DNA of 64,000 nt from an uncultured Bacteroidales bacterium (GTDB taxonomy: Bacteria > Hydrothermota > 32-111). The notes beneath the pieces are model-generated. The model did no database searches. It was not told the DNA's origin and worked only from the letters and a program-made list of their open reading frames with translations. Shown here in pieces: positions 41,435 through 50,531 of this stretch. The DNA is taken from NCBI GenBank assembly GCA_964544145.1, contig CAZJAT010000004.1:16177-80176 (forward strand), in the 5' to 3' direction. The translations under genes were made by a program, and so were the position numbers. Each line of letters opens with the position of its first letter. Within the stretch, counting starts at the first letter, position 1.

Positions 41435-42748
41435 TTACATATCCTTTAAGTGATTAATAATTTCTTCCATAGCCATTCCTCTGCTTCCTTTGATTAATAT
41501 TACATCGTTTTTTTCCAGTTTAATGGATACATAATCGGATAATTCATCTTTGCTGTTAAAATGTCTGTCCCTGTAATCCCGTATATAATTCTCACTGAAT
41601 TTACCAATAGCCCATATCATATCAATGTTTTTTTCATTTGCATATAATGCAATTTCTTTATGCAATTCCGCACTCTGTTTTCCCAATTCAAGCATATCAC
41701 CGAGAATTGCAATTTTCCTGCCTTTAAATCTTGACAATACATCTAATGCATTTTTCATTGATGCAGGGGATGCATTATATGTGTCATCAATCATTAGTAT
41801 ATCGCCTGTCTGTGAAATATTCAGCCTGCTGTGAGGCATTGAAAAGTTTTTCAATGCATATTCAATATTTACCGGAACATCCTTATATTCATTCTTAAAT
41901 GCATATAGAGCCAGAATCATCTGTAAAGCTCCTGAGCCGGGAATGTTTATTTTATATTCATTGCCATTGATGACGAGTTCTGCATTATCCTGATTTAATT
42001 TAAATGAGCAAGGATGATAATCATTGTCAGGGCCTATGCCGAATGTTCTATATCTGACATGACCGGGTATATGTTTCAATACCATTCTATTATCACCATT
42101 TATAAGAAGAACAGAGGATGTATTCATTGATTCAAGGATTTCCATTTTTGCTTCAATCAAATCTTCAAATGATGCAAACATTCCAATATGTGAATCATTT
42201 ATTGTTGTTATTATTACTGCATGCGGCTTTATCATTTGAGAGATTTCATTTAATTCTCCTTTTTGATTCATGCCTGCTTCCAATACTGCAAATTCGGTCT
42301 CTTTTTCTATTCTCAGTATATTCTGTGTCACACCTATAAGATTGTTTGTATTGCCTTTTGTCTTTATTTTATTCTTGCTTTCTATTGCATCATAGAGCAG
42401 ATCTTTTAAAGAGGTTTTCCCCGTAGAACCGGTTATTGCAATATTCATTGAATTCATTTGAGATGCATAATGAGCTGCAATTTTGTTATATGCAGACAAT
42501 GTATTATTGACAAGAACATAGGGATAATCTGATTGTATGTTTTTTTCAGAAATAAAGCATGTGCAGCCGTTTTTCAATGCACTATCAATAAAATCATGGC
42601 CATCATAATGAACTCCCTTTATCGGTATAAATAGGGTGTCAATGGATTCCTGTCTTGAATCAGTGCATATATTCCTTATGCATATATCGTTATTATTCAG
42701 AGTGCCGCCTGTTATACGGGCAATTGAGGATAATTGATAATCAATCAT
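41435..42748 (-). CDS. murF: UDP-MurNAc-tripeptide--D-Ala-D-Ala ligase
   Basis: The Mur ligase P-loop is IAITGSTGKTS. Confidence 0.8.
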   Translation of the reverse strand: MIDYQLSSIARITGGTLNNNDICIRNICTDSRQESIDTLFIPIKGVHYDGHDFIDSALKNGCTCFISEKNIQSDYPYVLVNNTLSAYNKIAAHYASQMNSMNIAITGSTGKTSLKDLLYDAIESKNKIKTKGNTNNLIGVTQNILRIEKETEFAVLEAGMNQKGELNEISQMIKPHAVIITTINDSHIGMFASFEDLIEAKMEILESMNTSSVLLINGDNRMVLKHIPGHVRYRTFGIGPDNDYHPCSFKLNQDNAELVINGNEYKINIPGSGALQMILALYAFKNEYKDVPVNIEYALKNFSMPHSRLNISQTGDILMIDDTYNASPASMKNALDVLSRFKGRKIAILGDMLELGKQSAELHKEIALYANEKNIDMIWAIGKFSENYIRDYRDRHFNSKDELSDYVSIKLEKNDVILIKGSRGMAMEEIINHLKDM

Positions 42749-44188
42749 TTACAGATACTTCCTTATTTCTTCGCTATCATCAAAATGGTGTTTTTTATTA
42801 TTAATTATCTGATATGTCTCATGTCCTTTTCCTGCAATAACTACAGTATCACCGTGTTTTGCCATACGCATAGCCATCTCTATTGCTTTTTTTCTGTTTA
42901 ATTCAATCATATAGTTTCTTTCTTTTATTCCGGAGAGAATGTGATTGATAATACTGGCCGGATTTTCAAATCTTGGATTATCTGTAGTTATAATAACAGA
43001 ATCTGAATAATGGGAAGCTATTTTACCCATAATAGGTCTTTTTTCCCTGTCTCTGTCGCCTCCGCATCCGAATACGGTTATAAGATTGCCCTCAGTAAGA
43101 CGTTTGGCTGTTTTTAAAACCCTTTCAAGTGCGTCAGGCGTATGTGCATAATCCACTATTCCGGTGACACCTTTGTCGGATGAGAATGTTTCAAAGCGTC
43201 CGGGAACAACAAATGTACTATTATTGATAATGGAACATAATTTATCCGCATCAAATCCCATATAAAAAGCGCTGAGAAACGCAAAACATGTATTATATAT
43301 ATTATAATCGCCAATAATGTTGATGCTAAGCTCAAATGATTTATTTAATTCTTCATTCTTTAGAACAAAAGAGCTGCCTGTGATAGAAATACGTTTAATA
43401 TCAATTGTCCATTGAGCTTTACGATTTCTGAGTCCCAATGAATGATAAATAGTGTATGCATCTTCAAATTGTTTATGATATTTATCATCTGCATTAACTA
43501 TTGTGTGTGCATCTTCCTTCATCATGCCGAACAGTTTTAATTTGGATAGCATATAGTCATCCATTGTTTTGTGATAATCCATATGGTCCTGGGTGAGATT
43601 TGTGAATACTGCGCTGTCAAACAGAATGCCATCAACTCTTTTCTGTTTTAATCCGTGAGAACTTATCTCCATAATAATATATTTGACATTTTCATTCTTC
43701 ATTTGTTCAAAAAGCCTGTATATTGTCAGAGAGTCAGGTGTGGTATTTTTGGCTTCTATGATGCTGTCGCCGATCATATGCTTGATTGTGCCGATTAAAC
43801 CCGTTTTGCCGTATTTATCCAATATGCCCTTGAGTATATATGAAGTGGTTGTTTTGCCGTTTGTACCTGTAATGCCGATTATTCGGAAATCATTATTATT
43901 AAAACCGTAAAAGCGTTTAGCTATTATTGCAGTGGTCTTGGCGATTTGGTCTGTCACCAATTGCGTAGAATCAACATTCATATGTTCCTGTTCACTAATC
44001 ACTGCAATAGCACCATTTTTAACCGCTTCTTCTATATGGGTATTACCATCTTCAATACTTCCTTTAATTGCTATAAAAATATATCCCTGTTTTATTTCTC
44101 TGGAATCAGAACTTATACCGCAAATAATATGATCAGAGAAATGAACTTTTTTAAGTGAAATGCCTTCAATTAAATGACTCAATTTCAT
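42749..44188 (-). CDS. murE: UDP-MurNAc-L-Ala-D-Glu--2,6-diaminopimelate (or Lys) ligase
   Basis: IGITGTNGKTTTSYIL is present. The longest ORF extends to 44293, inside ftsI. The internal ATG at 44188 gives an ATGA overlap with the ftsI stop and is the more likely start. Confidence 0.8.
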   Translation of the reverse strand: MKLSHLIEGISLKKVHFSDHIICGISSDSREIKQGYIFIAIKGSIEDGNTHIEEAVKNGAIAVISEQEHMNVDSTQLVTDQIAKTTAIIAKRFYGFNNNDFRIIGITGTNGKTTTSYILKGILDKYGKTGLIGTIKHMIGDSIIEAKNTTPDSLTIYRLFEQMKNENVKYIIMEISSHGLKQKRVDGILFDSAVFTNLTQDHMDYHKTMDDYMLSKLKLFGMMKEDAHTIVNADDKYHKQFEDAYTIYHSLGLRNRKAQWTIDIKRISITGSSFVLKNEELNKSFELSINIIGDYNIYNTCFAFLSAFYMGFDADKLCSIINNSTFVVPGRFETFSSDKGVTGIVDYAHTPDALERVLKTAKRLTEGNLITVFGCGGDRDREKRPIMGKIASHYSDSVIITTDNPRFENPASIINHILSGIKERNYMIELNRKKAIEMAMRMAKHGDTVVIAGKGHETYQIINNKKHHFDDSEEIRKYL

Positions 44189-45948
44189 GTCTGAATGTCC
44201 TTTGTGGGTTTTATTAAGTGTCTGTATTGCTTCATTCCCAGAAGTCCCTGTGCAATATCTCTGAATAATGGTGCTGCAACCTCTGATCCCCAATAAACAC
44301 CACGCGGCTCATCAACCGTTACTATCATTATTATCTCGGGATTTTCTGCAGGGAAATAACCGGCAAAAGATGAAACAAATTGTCCTTTCTGATATCCGCC
44401 TGATGATGAACTTTTCTCAGCAGTACCTGTTTTACCAGCTATTGTTATACCCGGTATGGATGCCTTTATTCCTGTACCGCATAGAACAACATCAATGAGC
44501 ATTTCATTCAATTTGTCTGCTGTGGATTCTTTTAGGATACGTTTCTTTGAAGAATTTGAGTAATTTTCCTTATCAACTGTTTTTATGATTGTCGGTTTAA
44601 CATAATAACCTTTATTTGCAACAATATTGTATGCGGCAATCATCTGTAATGCAGTTACGCTAACCCCTTGACCAAAACAGATATTTGCCTGATGAATTGG
44701 TATCCACTCCCTTTCATTGAGAAGAAGACCTTTCTGTTCACCCGGTAATCCGATATTTATCCGCTTATTGATACCCATTGCATTAATCATTACATAGAGG
44801 AGACGTTTTCCCACTTTATTGCCAATATTAACAAAACCGATATTGCTAGATTCAATAAAACTCTCTTTGAATGTAAGCTGACCACTTTCATGAGCATCAG
44901 TAATTATATGACCATTTATAATGAGTGAATCCTCGCCAGCTTTTTTTACAATATCTTGCTCATCAATAACATTATATTCAAGGGCAGCAGCTGCAGTGAT
45001 AAGTTTGAATATAGATCCCGGTTCATAGAGCGAAAGAATGGAATAATTCTTACATGCAGATGGATCCCCTCTGCCAAGCAGATTGGATTCATATGAGGGA
45101 TAGTTTGCCATTGCGAGAATTTCTCCTGTCTTCACATTCATAATGATGACATTCCCGCTTTTTGCTTTATACTTATCAACATAATTCTGCAGATTGAAAT
45201 ATGCAATCTGCTGTATCTTTGAATCAAGGGTAAGTACTATAGGAGCTCCTTTTTGAGCCAATTTGTCCTTATATGATGGATGCTTAAATATCTTTCCATT
45301 GGGTTTCCTCTGATATTGGATATATCCGTTCTCTCCCTTCAGCTGATCATCAAATCCGTATTCAAGACCTTCAAGTCCTGAATAATCAATACCGACAAAT
45401 CCTATTACACCGGAAAATACCTCTGCATTATTGTAATAGCGGATTTTCTCCCTTTTTATTATGATTGCATCGGAATGGATGTCTGATATCATTGCCACAT
45501 ATGATTGCGGAATATTGTAATAGAGGGGAATATAATCAAAGGATTCATTGAGTTTACTTATTATCTCCTGATAGGGCATCAATCCTGTATTGGCAATCTT
45601 ATGAGCAAGACCTTCTGTATCCTTAATCATCTTTTTTGTGATATACAGATTATCACATAATATATTTGTTGCAATTATGTTTCCCTGTCTATCCATAATA
45701 TCGCCTCTCTCAGCTCTATCTATCATAATAAGGCGATTTTTCTGCAGGCAAATCTTTTCAATTCTCTTATTATCAATCAATTGAATTGTAATCATTTTTG
45801 CAATAATTATAGCTGTAAACACAGTCAACATGATAACAGTTATGGCGATTTTTTTATTAATTTTCTTGGAGTATTGCTGTATATTCTTTATCATCATCTC
45901 AGGGTGCATAATCATCTCCAGTAGGGAAGTGCATGGATAATGAATCAA
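44185..45948 (-). CDS. ftsI: peptidoglycan D,D-transpeptidase FtsI (class B PBP)
   Basis: It has an N-terminal TM and the motifs SIFK (SxxK), SSN and KTGTA. The true start is probably one of the ATGs at 45894-45915 rather than 45948, which overlaps ftsL. Confidence 0.8.
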   Translation of the reverse strand: MIHYPCTSLLEMIMHPEMMIKNIQQYSKKINKKIAITVIMLTVFTAIIIAKMITIQLIDNKRIEKICLQKNRLIMIDRAERGDIMDRQGNIIATNILCDNLYITKKMIKDTEGLAHKIANTGLMPYQEIISKLNESFDYIPLYYNIPQSYVAMISDIHSDAIIIKREKIRYYNNAEVFSGVIGFVGIDYSGLEGLEYGFDDQLKGENGYIQYQRKPNGKIFKHPSYKDKLAQKGAPIVLTLDSKIQQIAYFNLQNYVDKYKAKSGNVIIMNVKTGEILAMANYPSYESNLLGRGDPSACKNYSILSLYEPGSIFKLITAAAALEYNVIDEQDIVKKAGEDSLIINGHIITDAHESGQLTFKESFIESSNIGFVNIGNKVGKRLLYVMINAMGINKRINIGLPGEQKGLLLNEREWIPIHQANICFGQGVSVTALQMIAAYNIVANKGYYVKPTIIKTVDKENYSNSSKKRILKESTADKLNEMLIDVVLCGTGIKASIPGITIAGKTGTAEKSSSSGGYQKGQFVSSFAGYFPAENPEIIMIVTVDEPRGVYWGSEVAAPLFRDIAQGLLGMKQYRHLIKPTKDIQT

Positions 45949-46147
45949 CAGCTACCCTATGTAATCTCTCATATGACATAAGGTGATTTATTTCAAGGGA
46001 GAGTTTCATATATCTGCCTTTTGCACTTTCATATTCCTTTTCATGTTCATTTATCAGCATTGTAAGCTGTAATACATAGAATCTGGTCCAGGTTATCATA
46101 AAGAGAATTATTGCAATAATTAAAATATTCATTGCCTGTTTCTTCAT
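45899..46147 (-). CDS. ftsL: cell division protein FtsL-like (TM plus coiled coil)
   Basis: The small bitopic protein MKKQAMNILIIAIILFMITW... lies between rsmH and ftsI. The start is chosen to give an ATGA overlap with rsmH. Confidence 0.55.
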   Translation of the reverse strand: MKKQAMNILIIAIILFMITWTRFYVLQLTMLINEHEKEYESAKGRYMKLSLEINHLMSYERLHRVAVDSLSMHFPTGDDYAP

Positions 46148-46992
46148 GCAATCCTCTCTGCGCATCTGAGTTTAGCACTTCTTGCACGCTTATTACGTTT
46201 GACTTCCTCATAATGAGGTTTAACGGTTTTTTTATTGATCAATATGAAATCATCATTATTCTTAAAAAAATATTTGACAATTCTATCCTCAAGCGAATGA
46301 TAGGATATTACAACAATTCTGCCGTTTCCTTTCAGCAATTGAGGTGCTTTTTCCAGAAATTTCTCAAGACTGCCTAATTCATCATTGATAAATATACGTA
46401 ATGCCTGGAATACCCTGCGCAAAGCAAATTTGACACCCCTGCCTCTGCATCCTTCAATAATTGCATTCTTCAAGTCAAATGTTGTATTCATTTTGTTGTG
46501 CATTGCTGCTTTCTTAATTGCAATAGCAATATCAGCGGCATTATGCTGTTCCGAATAACGCTCAATAATTGAAGCAATCTTCTCAGCAGGGACATTGTGA
46601 AGAAAATCAATGAGTGACAGATTCTCTGTATTATTCATCCTCATATCAAGAGGTGCATTGAAACGAAATGAAAAACCTCTGTCAGCATTATCAATCTGAT
46701 ATGAAGAAACACCCAAATCAAGCAATATCCCGTCAAATGTTATTTCAGAATCAAAATCTGCAAAATTCATATGCATAATCTCAATATTGGATGATGTGAA
46801 GTGGTCATTCAGGTAATCAATAGCCTGAGCATCCCTGTCAATCATAATCAATCGACCTTCTTTTTCTAATCGTTTAAAAATCTCTACAGAGTGTCCGCCA
46901 AAGCCGGCTGTACAGTCAAGATAAATACCGTTTTTTCTGATATTGAGAAAATCAATTGTATCATTCAATAATACAGGTATATGAATGTTCAT
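46144..46992 (-). CDS. rsmH: 16S rRNA (cytosine1402-N4)-methyltransferase
   Basis: The N-terminal HIPVLLNDTIDFL ... GIYLDCTAGFGGHS is the MraW/RsmH signature. Confidence 0.85.
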   Translation of the reverse strand: MNIHIPVLLNDTIDFLNIRKNGIYLDCTAGFGGHSVEIFKRLEKEGRLIMIDRDAQAIDYLNDHFTSSNIEIMHMNFADFDSEITFDGILLDLGVSSYQIDNADRGFSFRFNAPLDMRMNNTENLSLIDFLHNVPAEKIASIIERYSEQHNAADIAIAIKKAAMHNKMNTTFDLKNAIIEGCRGRGVKFALRRVFQALRIFINDELGSLEKFLEKAPQLLKGNGRIVVISYHSLEDRIVKYFFKNNDDFILINKKTVKPHYEEVKRNKRARSAKLRCAERIA

Positions 46993-47336
46993 ATGAACAT
47001 TTTGCCGGATATTGCATGCTTTGCAGACAGCAAATCCGGAGTAATATCATAAAAAAAACGATAATGAACCAAACTGAAGATAGCTATTATATAGGGGTCT
47101 GTACAAATGATTTTCAAATCGCGGCCATTGATCTTTAATTGCTCTCTCATATGCTCCAGTCTATGAGCAAATCTGTAATGCATATGATTTATATGTCTCA
47201 GATCTATGATAACGGATTTTTCTGAGCACATCAGCTGTCTATTAAGACGTGTCATATCAGCAGAGTCATGTGCGTCAATTGTTCCCTTGATGCTGAGCAG
47301 GAAGTATCTGTTTTTTTCACAAATACTGTAATGCAT
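46989..47336 (-). CDS. STAS-domain (anti-sigma-factor-antagonist-like) protein inserted between mraZ and rsmH
   Basis: At 115 aa it fits the SpoIIAA/STAS layout: YFLLSIKGTIDAHDSADMTRLNRQL then SVIIDLRHINHMHYRFAHRL then LKINGRDLKII. No Ser or Thr sits at the usual phospho-site. Its stop overlaps the rsmH start (ATGA). Its start lies 1 nt after the mraZ stop. Confidence 0.55.
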   Translation of the reverse strand: MHYSICEKNRYFLLSIKGTIDAHDSADMTRLNRQLMCSEKSVIIDLRHINHMHYRFAHRLEHMREQLKINGRDLKIICTDPYIIAIFSLVHYRFFYDITPDLLSAKHAISGKMFI

Positions 47337-47337
47337 T

Positions 47338-47775
47338 TTATAGTCCTATAGATTTGAGGGTTTTCTTGTGCTTTTCTTCTATTGTGCGCATATTCTTATC
47401 AAATTCTTCGGGTTTCCATAACTCAATTCTGTCCATTGCTCCAATGATGAGGACTTCATCCTCAATACCCGCTTTCTTCATCAGATTTGCAGGGATCTTG
47501 ATTCTTCCATGAGAATCTGCCTGTGTATCCTCTGCTGATGAATATATATAGTTTTTGATTATTGTTTTATCCTCTTCATTTAATGTTTCCATAAGCTTCT
47601 GCTCAAAAGCCCTGAATGCATCATCAGGATATAGAATGAGATGATTCTCTGATGATGGTATTACAGTAAAGTCATTGGTCATGATCTGTTTTCTCAATTT
47701 AGAGGGAATAATCACTCTTCCCTTGTTATCTATCTTGAACCCGTAGGTTCCTTTGAATGAATATCTGCTCTCCAT
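47338..47775 (-). CDS. mraZ: transcriptional regulator MraZ
   Basis: MESRYSFKGTYGFKIDNKGRVIIPSKLR and a second DxxGR-type repeat (DSHGRIKIP) are present. The longest ORF starts with GTG at 47805. The ATG at 47775 is favoured. Confidence 0.8.
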   Translation of the reverse strand: MESRYSFKGTYGFKIDNKGRVIIPSKLRKQIMTNDFTVIPSSENHLILYPDDAFRAFEQKLMETLNEEDKTIIKNYIYSSAEDTQADSHGRIKIPANLMKKAGIEDEVLIIGAMDRIELWKPEEFDKNMRTIEEKHKKTLKSIGL

Positions 47776-47834
47776 ATTACTCCACTTTGTTCCATTTTTT
47801 ACCACATTCTACTAATTTTAACCCATTATGTCAA
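47776..47834 (-). promoter_or_regulatory. mraZ/dcw promoter (TTGACA-N17-TAGAAT) with three 10-bp-phased (A/G)TGG(A/T) direct repeats (candidate MraZ operator)
   Basis: The minus strand reads cTTGACAtaatgggttaaaattagTAGAATgtggtaaaaaatggaacaaagtggagtaatATG. GTGGT, ATGGA and GTGGA are spaced exactly 10 nt apart. Confidence 0.45.
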
Positions 47835-47923
47835 GTAAAAAATATAATTATTATTATGTAGTTATTATTATGCTCAATATGGTTATATTTTCATATGGTA
47901 TTTATACTATTTCATATATATAC

Positions 47924-47951
47924 TTGACAATCAATAATTTATTCATATAAT
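47924..47951 (+). promoter_or_regulatory. consensus sigma70 promoter TTGACA-N16-TATAAT divergent from mraZ, driving the M23 peptidase operon with a near-leaderless start
   Basis: TTGACA is at 47924-47929 and TATAAT at 47946-47951. The ATG is at 47961, only about 3 nt after the predicted TSS, and no SD is present. Confidence 0.5.
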
Positions 47952-47960
47952 TCTTATTGT

Positions 47961-48881
47961 ATGAAAAAATGGACAATTATTATTGAGAATGAGTTCATGG
48001 GAAACCATAAACCCAAAATATTTTGTATAACATCCAGTCAGATGCGTAATATTGCTGTTGTGCTTATATCAATTGCAGTCTTTTCTGCAGGTGTTTTTGT
48101 TATTGCAAAAGTCAATCATCTTGACCCCAATGCAAAATTCTCATTGAATGCAAGAAAATATATGCTCATACGTGATGTACAGAATAAGAATACACATATT
48201 GATAATTTGATTGGGAATATGGAATCCTTTGTTATGATGGAAAAATCATTACGAACACTGGCCAATCTTGAGCCGGTTCCCGAGGATGTGCGCAAGCTTG
48301 GTATAGGCGGTTATACTGTTTCTGACAGCAGGATTGAACATATTGACGGTTCAATGAAAAAAGTACTGACAAATCTTGATAACAGACTCTTCCAGGCACA
48401 GAATATTATTGATTTTGAAGTGGATAATGTTGATGACATTAATATCAATCTTTCAGAGCAGTATAATCTATTAAAACACAAACCATCAATTATGCCTACA
48501 TATGGATGGATCACCTCAAAATTCGGTGAGAGAAAGGATCCTTTTACCGGTAAGAAAGAATTCCATCCGGGTATTGATATTGCCAATGATTACAATACAC
48601 CTATTTATGCATCTGCAGATGGTGAAGTGATATATGCAGGCGTTCTTTCGGGCTATGGCAATGTGATTAAAATTGACCATGGATATGGATATATAACTAT
48701 GTATGCACACCTTAAAAAGATACTTGTAAGTAATGGAACAAAGGTTTCCAGGCATCAATTAATTGCAAAAATGGGCAGCACTGGAAAATCCACAGGTCCT
48801 CATCTGCACTATGAGGTGAGACTCTTCAATAAAAAAACAGATCCATTTAAATTTATTGACAGAGACACTGTTGTTCGCTAA
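47961..48881 (+). CDS. M23 family (LytM-domain) peptidoglycan endopeptidase, membrane anchored
   Basis: HPGIDIA (HxxxD) and HLHYEV (HxH) are the zinc ligand motifs. An N-terminal TM is present. Confidence 0.85.
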   Translation: MKKWTIIIENEFMGNHKPKIFCITSSQMRNIAVVLISIAVFSAGVFVIAKVNHLDPNAKFSLNARKYMLIRDVQNKNTHIDNLIGNMESFVMMEKSLRTLANLEPVPEDVRKLGIGGYTVSDSRIEHIDGSMKKVLTNLDNRLFQAQNIIDFEVDNVDDININLSEQYNLLKHKPSIMPTYGWITSKFGERKDPFTGKKEFHPGIDIANDYNTPIYASADGEVIYAGVLSGYGNVIKIDHGYGYITMYAHLKKILVSNGTKVSRHQLIAKMGSTGKSTGPHLHYEVRLFNKKTDPFKFIDRDTVVR

Positions 48882-49813
48882 TGGACATTTCTGGAAAGTT
48901 ATTTCTTGCCCCTTTAGCCGGGATCACCGATTCAATATTCAGAAAAATATGTAAACAGAATGGTGCTGATTTTGTATGTACTGAGCTGGTTTCCGTAGAA
49001 GCGCTTTTATATGAGAATGAGAGAACAATGAGTATGCTTGATTTCTCTGCTGATGAAAAGCCTATAGGTGTTCAGCTCTTCGGAAGCAAAGCATCCTCTT
49101 TCAAAACGGCAGTTAAATCAATTGAACACCTTGATTATGATTATTTAGATATCAATATGGGATGTTCAGTGAAAAAGGTTCTGAAAACAGGCAGTGGTGC
49201 GGCATTACTCAAAGATACAGGGAATATATTCCAAATTGTTAATGCAGTAAAAAAAGTTTCAAAAAAACCTGTATCCTGTAAAATACGGCTTGGATTCAGT
49301 GAAAATAATGGAATTGAAATAGCAAAAGCAATTGAAGAGGCAGGGGCTGATTTCATAACAGTTCACGGACGTCTGGCTATTCAAAAATTTAATGGTATGT
49401 CCGATTGGGATTCCATTGGAAGAATAAGGGATAGTATACAAATACCGGTTATAGGGAATGGCGATATATTCACTTACAATGATGCTTTGAATAAAATCGG
49501 AAAAACTGATGCAATCATGATTGGAAGAGGTGCCATGGGAAATCCATGGATATTCAGGCAGATAAAGGAATGTATATCAAAAAAAGAGACAATTTTTGTT
49601 CCTAATACGCATGACAGAATAATGCTTCTGAAATCTCATTATGAAATGGGAGATACAGAAAATGACAATTATATCCGTACAATGAGAAAGTATTTTCACT
49701 GGTATTCAAAGGGTATACATAGTATTAGAAAATACAGGGAGAAGATAAACAATACAACTGATTATTCTGTAATAAAGGAAATTATACATGAAATCGACCA
49801 AGAAGTGGTTTGA
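48881..49813 (+). CDS. dus: tRNA-dihydrouridine synthase
   Basis: DINMGCSVKKV (the NxGCP-type motif) and a TIM-barrel FMN layout are present. A TAATG overlap couples it to the upstream gene. Confidence 0.8.
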   Translation: MDISGKLFLAPLAGITDSIFRKICKQNGADFVCTELVSVEALLYENERTMSMLDFSADEKPIGVQLFGSKASSFKTAVKSIEHLDYDYLDINMGCSVKKVLKTGSGAALLKDTGNIFQIVNAVKKVSKKPVSCKIRLGFSENNGIEIAKAIEEAGADFITVHGRLAIQKFNGMSDWDSIGRIRDSIQIPVIGNGDIFTYNDALNKIGKTDAIMIGRGAMGNPWIFRQIKECISKKETIFVPNTHDRIMLLKSHYEMGDTENDNYIRTMRKYFHWYSKGIHSIRKYREKINNTTDYSVIKEIIHEIDQEVV

Positions 49814-50531
49814 TTACAATGAAGTTGCTGCATATTACAATGAATTAATGAGATATATTCCATATGATAAATGGGCACATTATATTGTAAAGATGTTTTT
49901 TCTCCATAATGGCAGGGGAAATAAAACTGCAGACTTGGGATGCGGCACATGTTCGCTTGATAGGGAATTGTCACAGAGAGGTATGGAAATAACAGGTATT
50001 GACATATCTTTTCAGATGCTTTCAGAGGCAATGAGAGGTGCTGAACGGATAAATCATAATATGATCAATGGTAATATTACAGATATGCCGGTTAAGAATG
50101 AATCATTCAATCTTCTTGTGAGTATGTATGATACTGTCAATCACCTTAATGATAATCAATTCCGCTTATTTGCATCTGAGAGTCACAGAATACTTGCTGA
50201 TAGCGGAATTTTAATGTTTGATTTTAATACAAAGGAAGGATTGCAGTCATTTGCTTCAGATGATTTTATAAGAAAAGGCAATGAATTCACATCATTCTGG
50301 AATATGAAAACTGATGAAAATTATGAATTCTGTACATTGCATCTATCAATAAAAAATACTGATGGAACATTCAAAGAAATGAAGTTTTCCGAGAGGGCTA
50401 TTGAATCAGAGGAAATACTTAAAGTAATGAATGAAAGCGGCTTTAGTGAAATTCATCTATATGATTTCCTCACTGAAGATGTAATGAACAAAATGGATGA
50501 AAGAGGATTTGCGGTATGTATAAAGACATAG
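49788..50531 (+). CDS. class I SAM-dependent methyltransferase
   Basis: Motif I is ADLGCGTCSL. The post-I acidic residue context is present. Confidence 0.7.
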   Translation: MKSTKKWFDYNEVAAYYNELMRYIPYDKWAHYIVKMFFLHNGRGNKTADLGCGTCSLDRELSQRGMEITGIDISFQMLSEAMRGAERINHNMINGNITDMPVKNESFNLLVSMYDTVNHLNDNQFRLFASESHRILADSGILMFDFNTKEGLQSFASDDFIRKGNEFTSFWNMKTDENYEFCTLHLSIKNTDGTFKEMKFSERAIESEEILKVMNESGFSEIHLYDFLTEDVMNKMDERGFAVCIKT

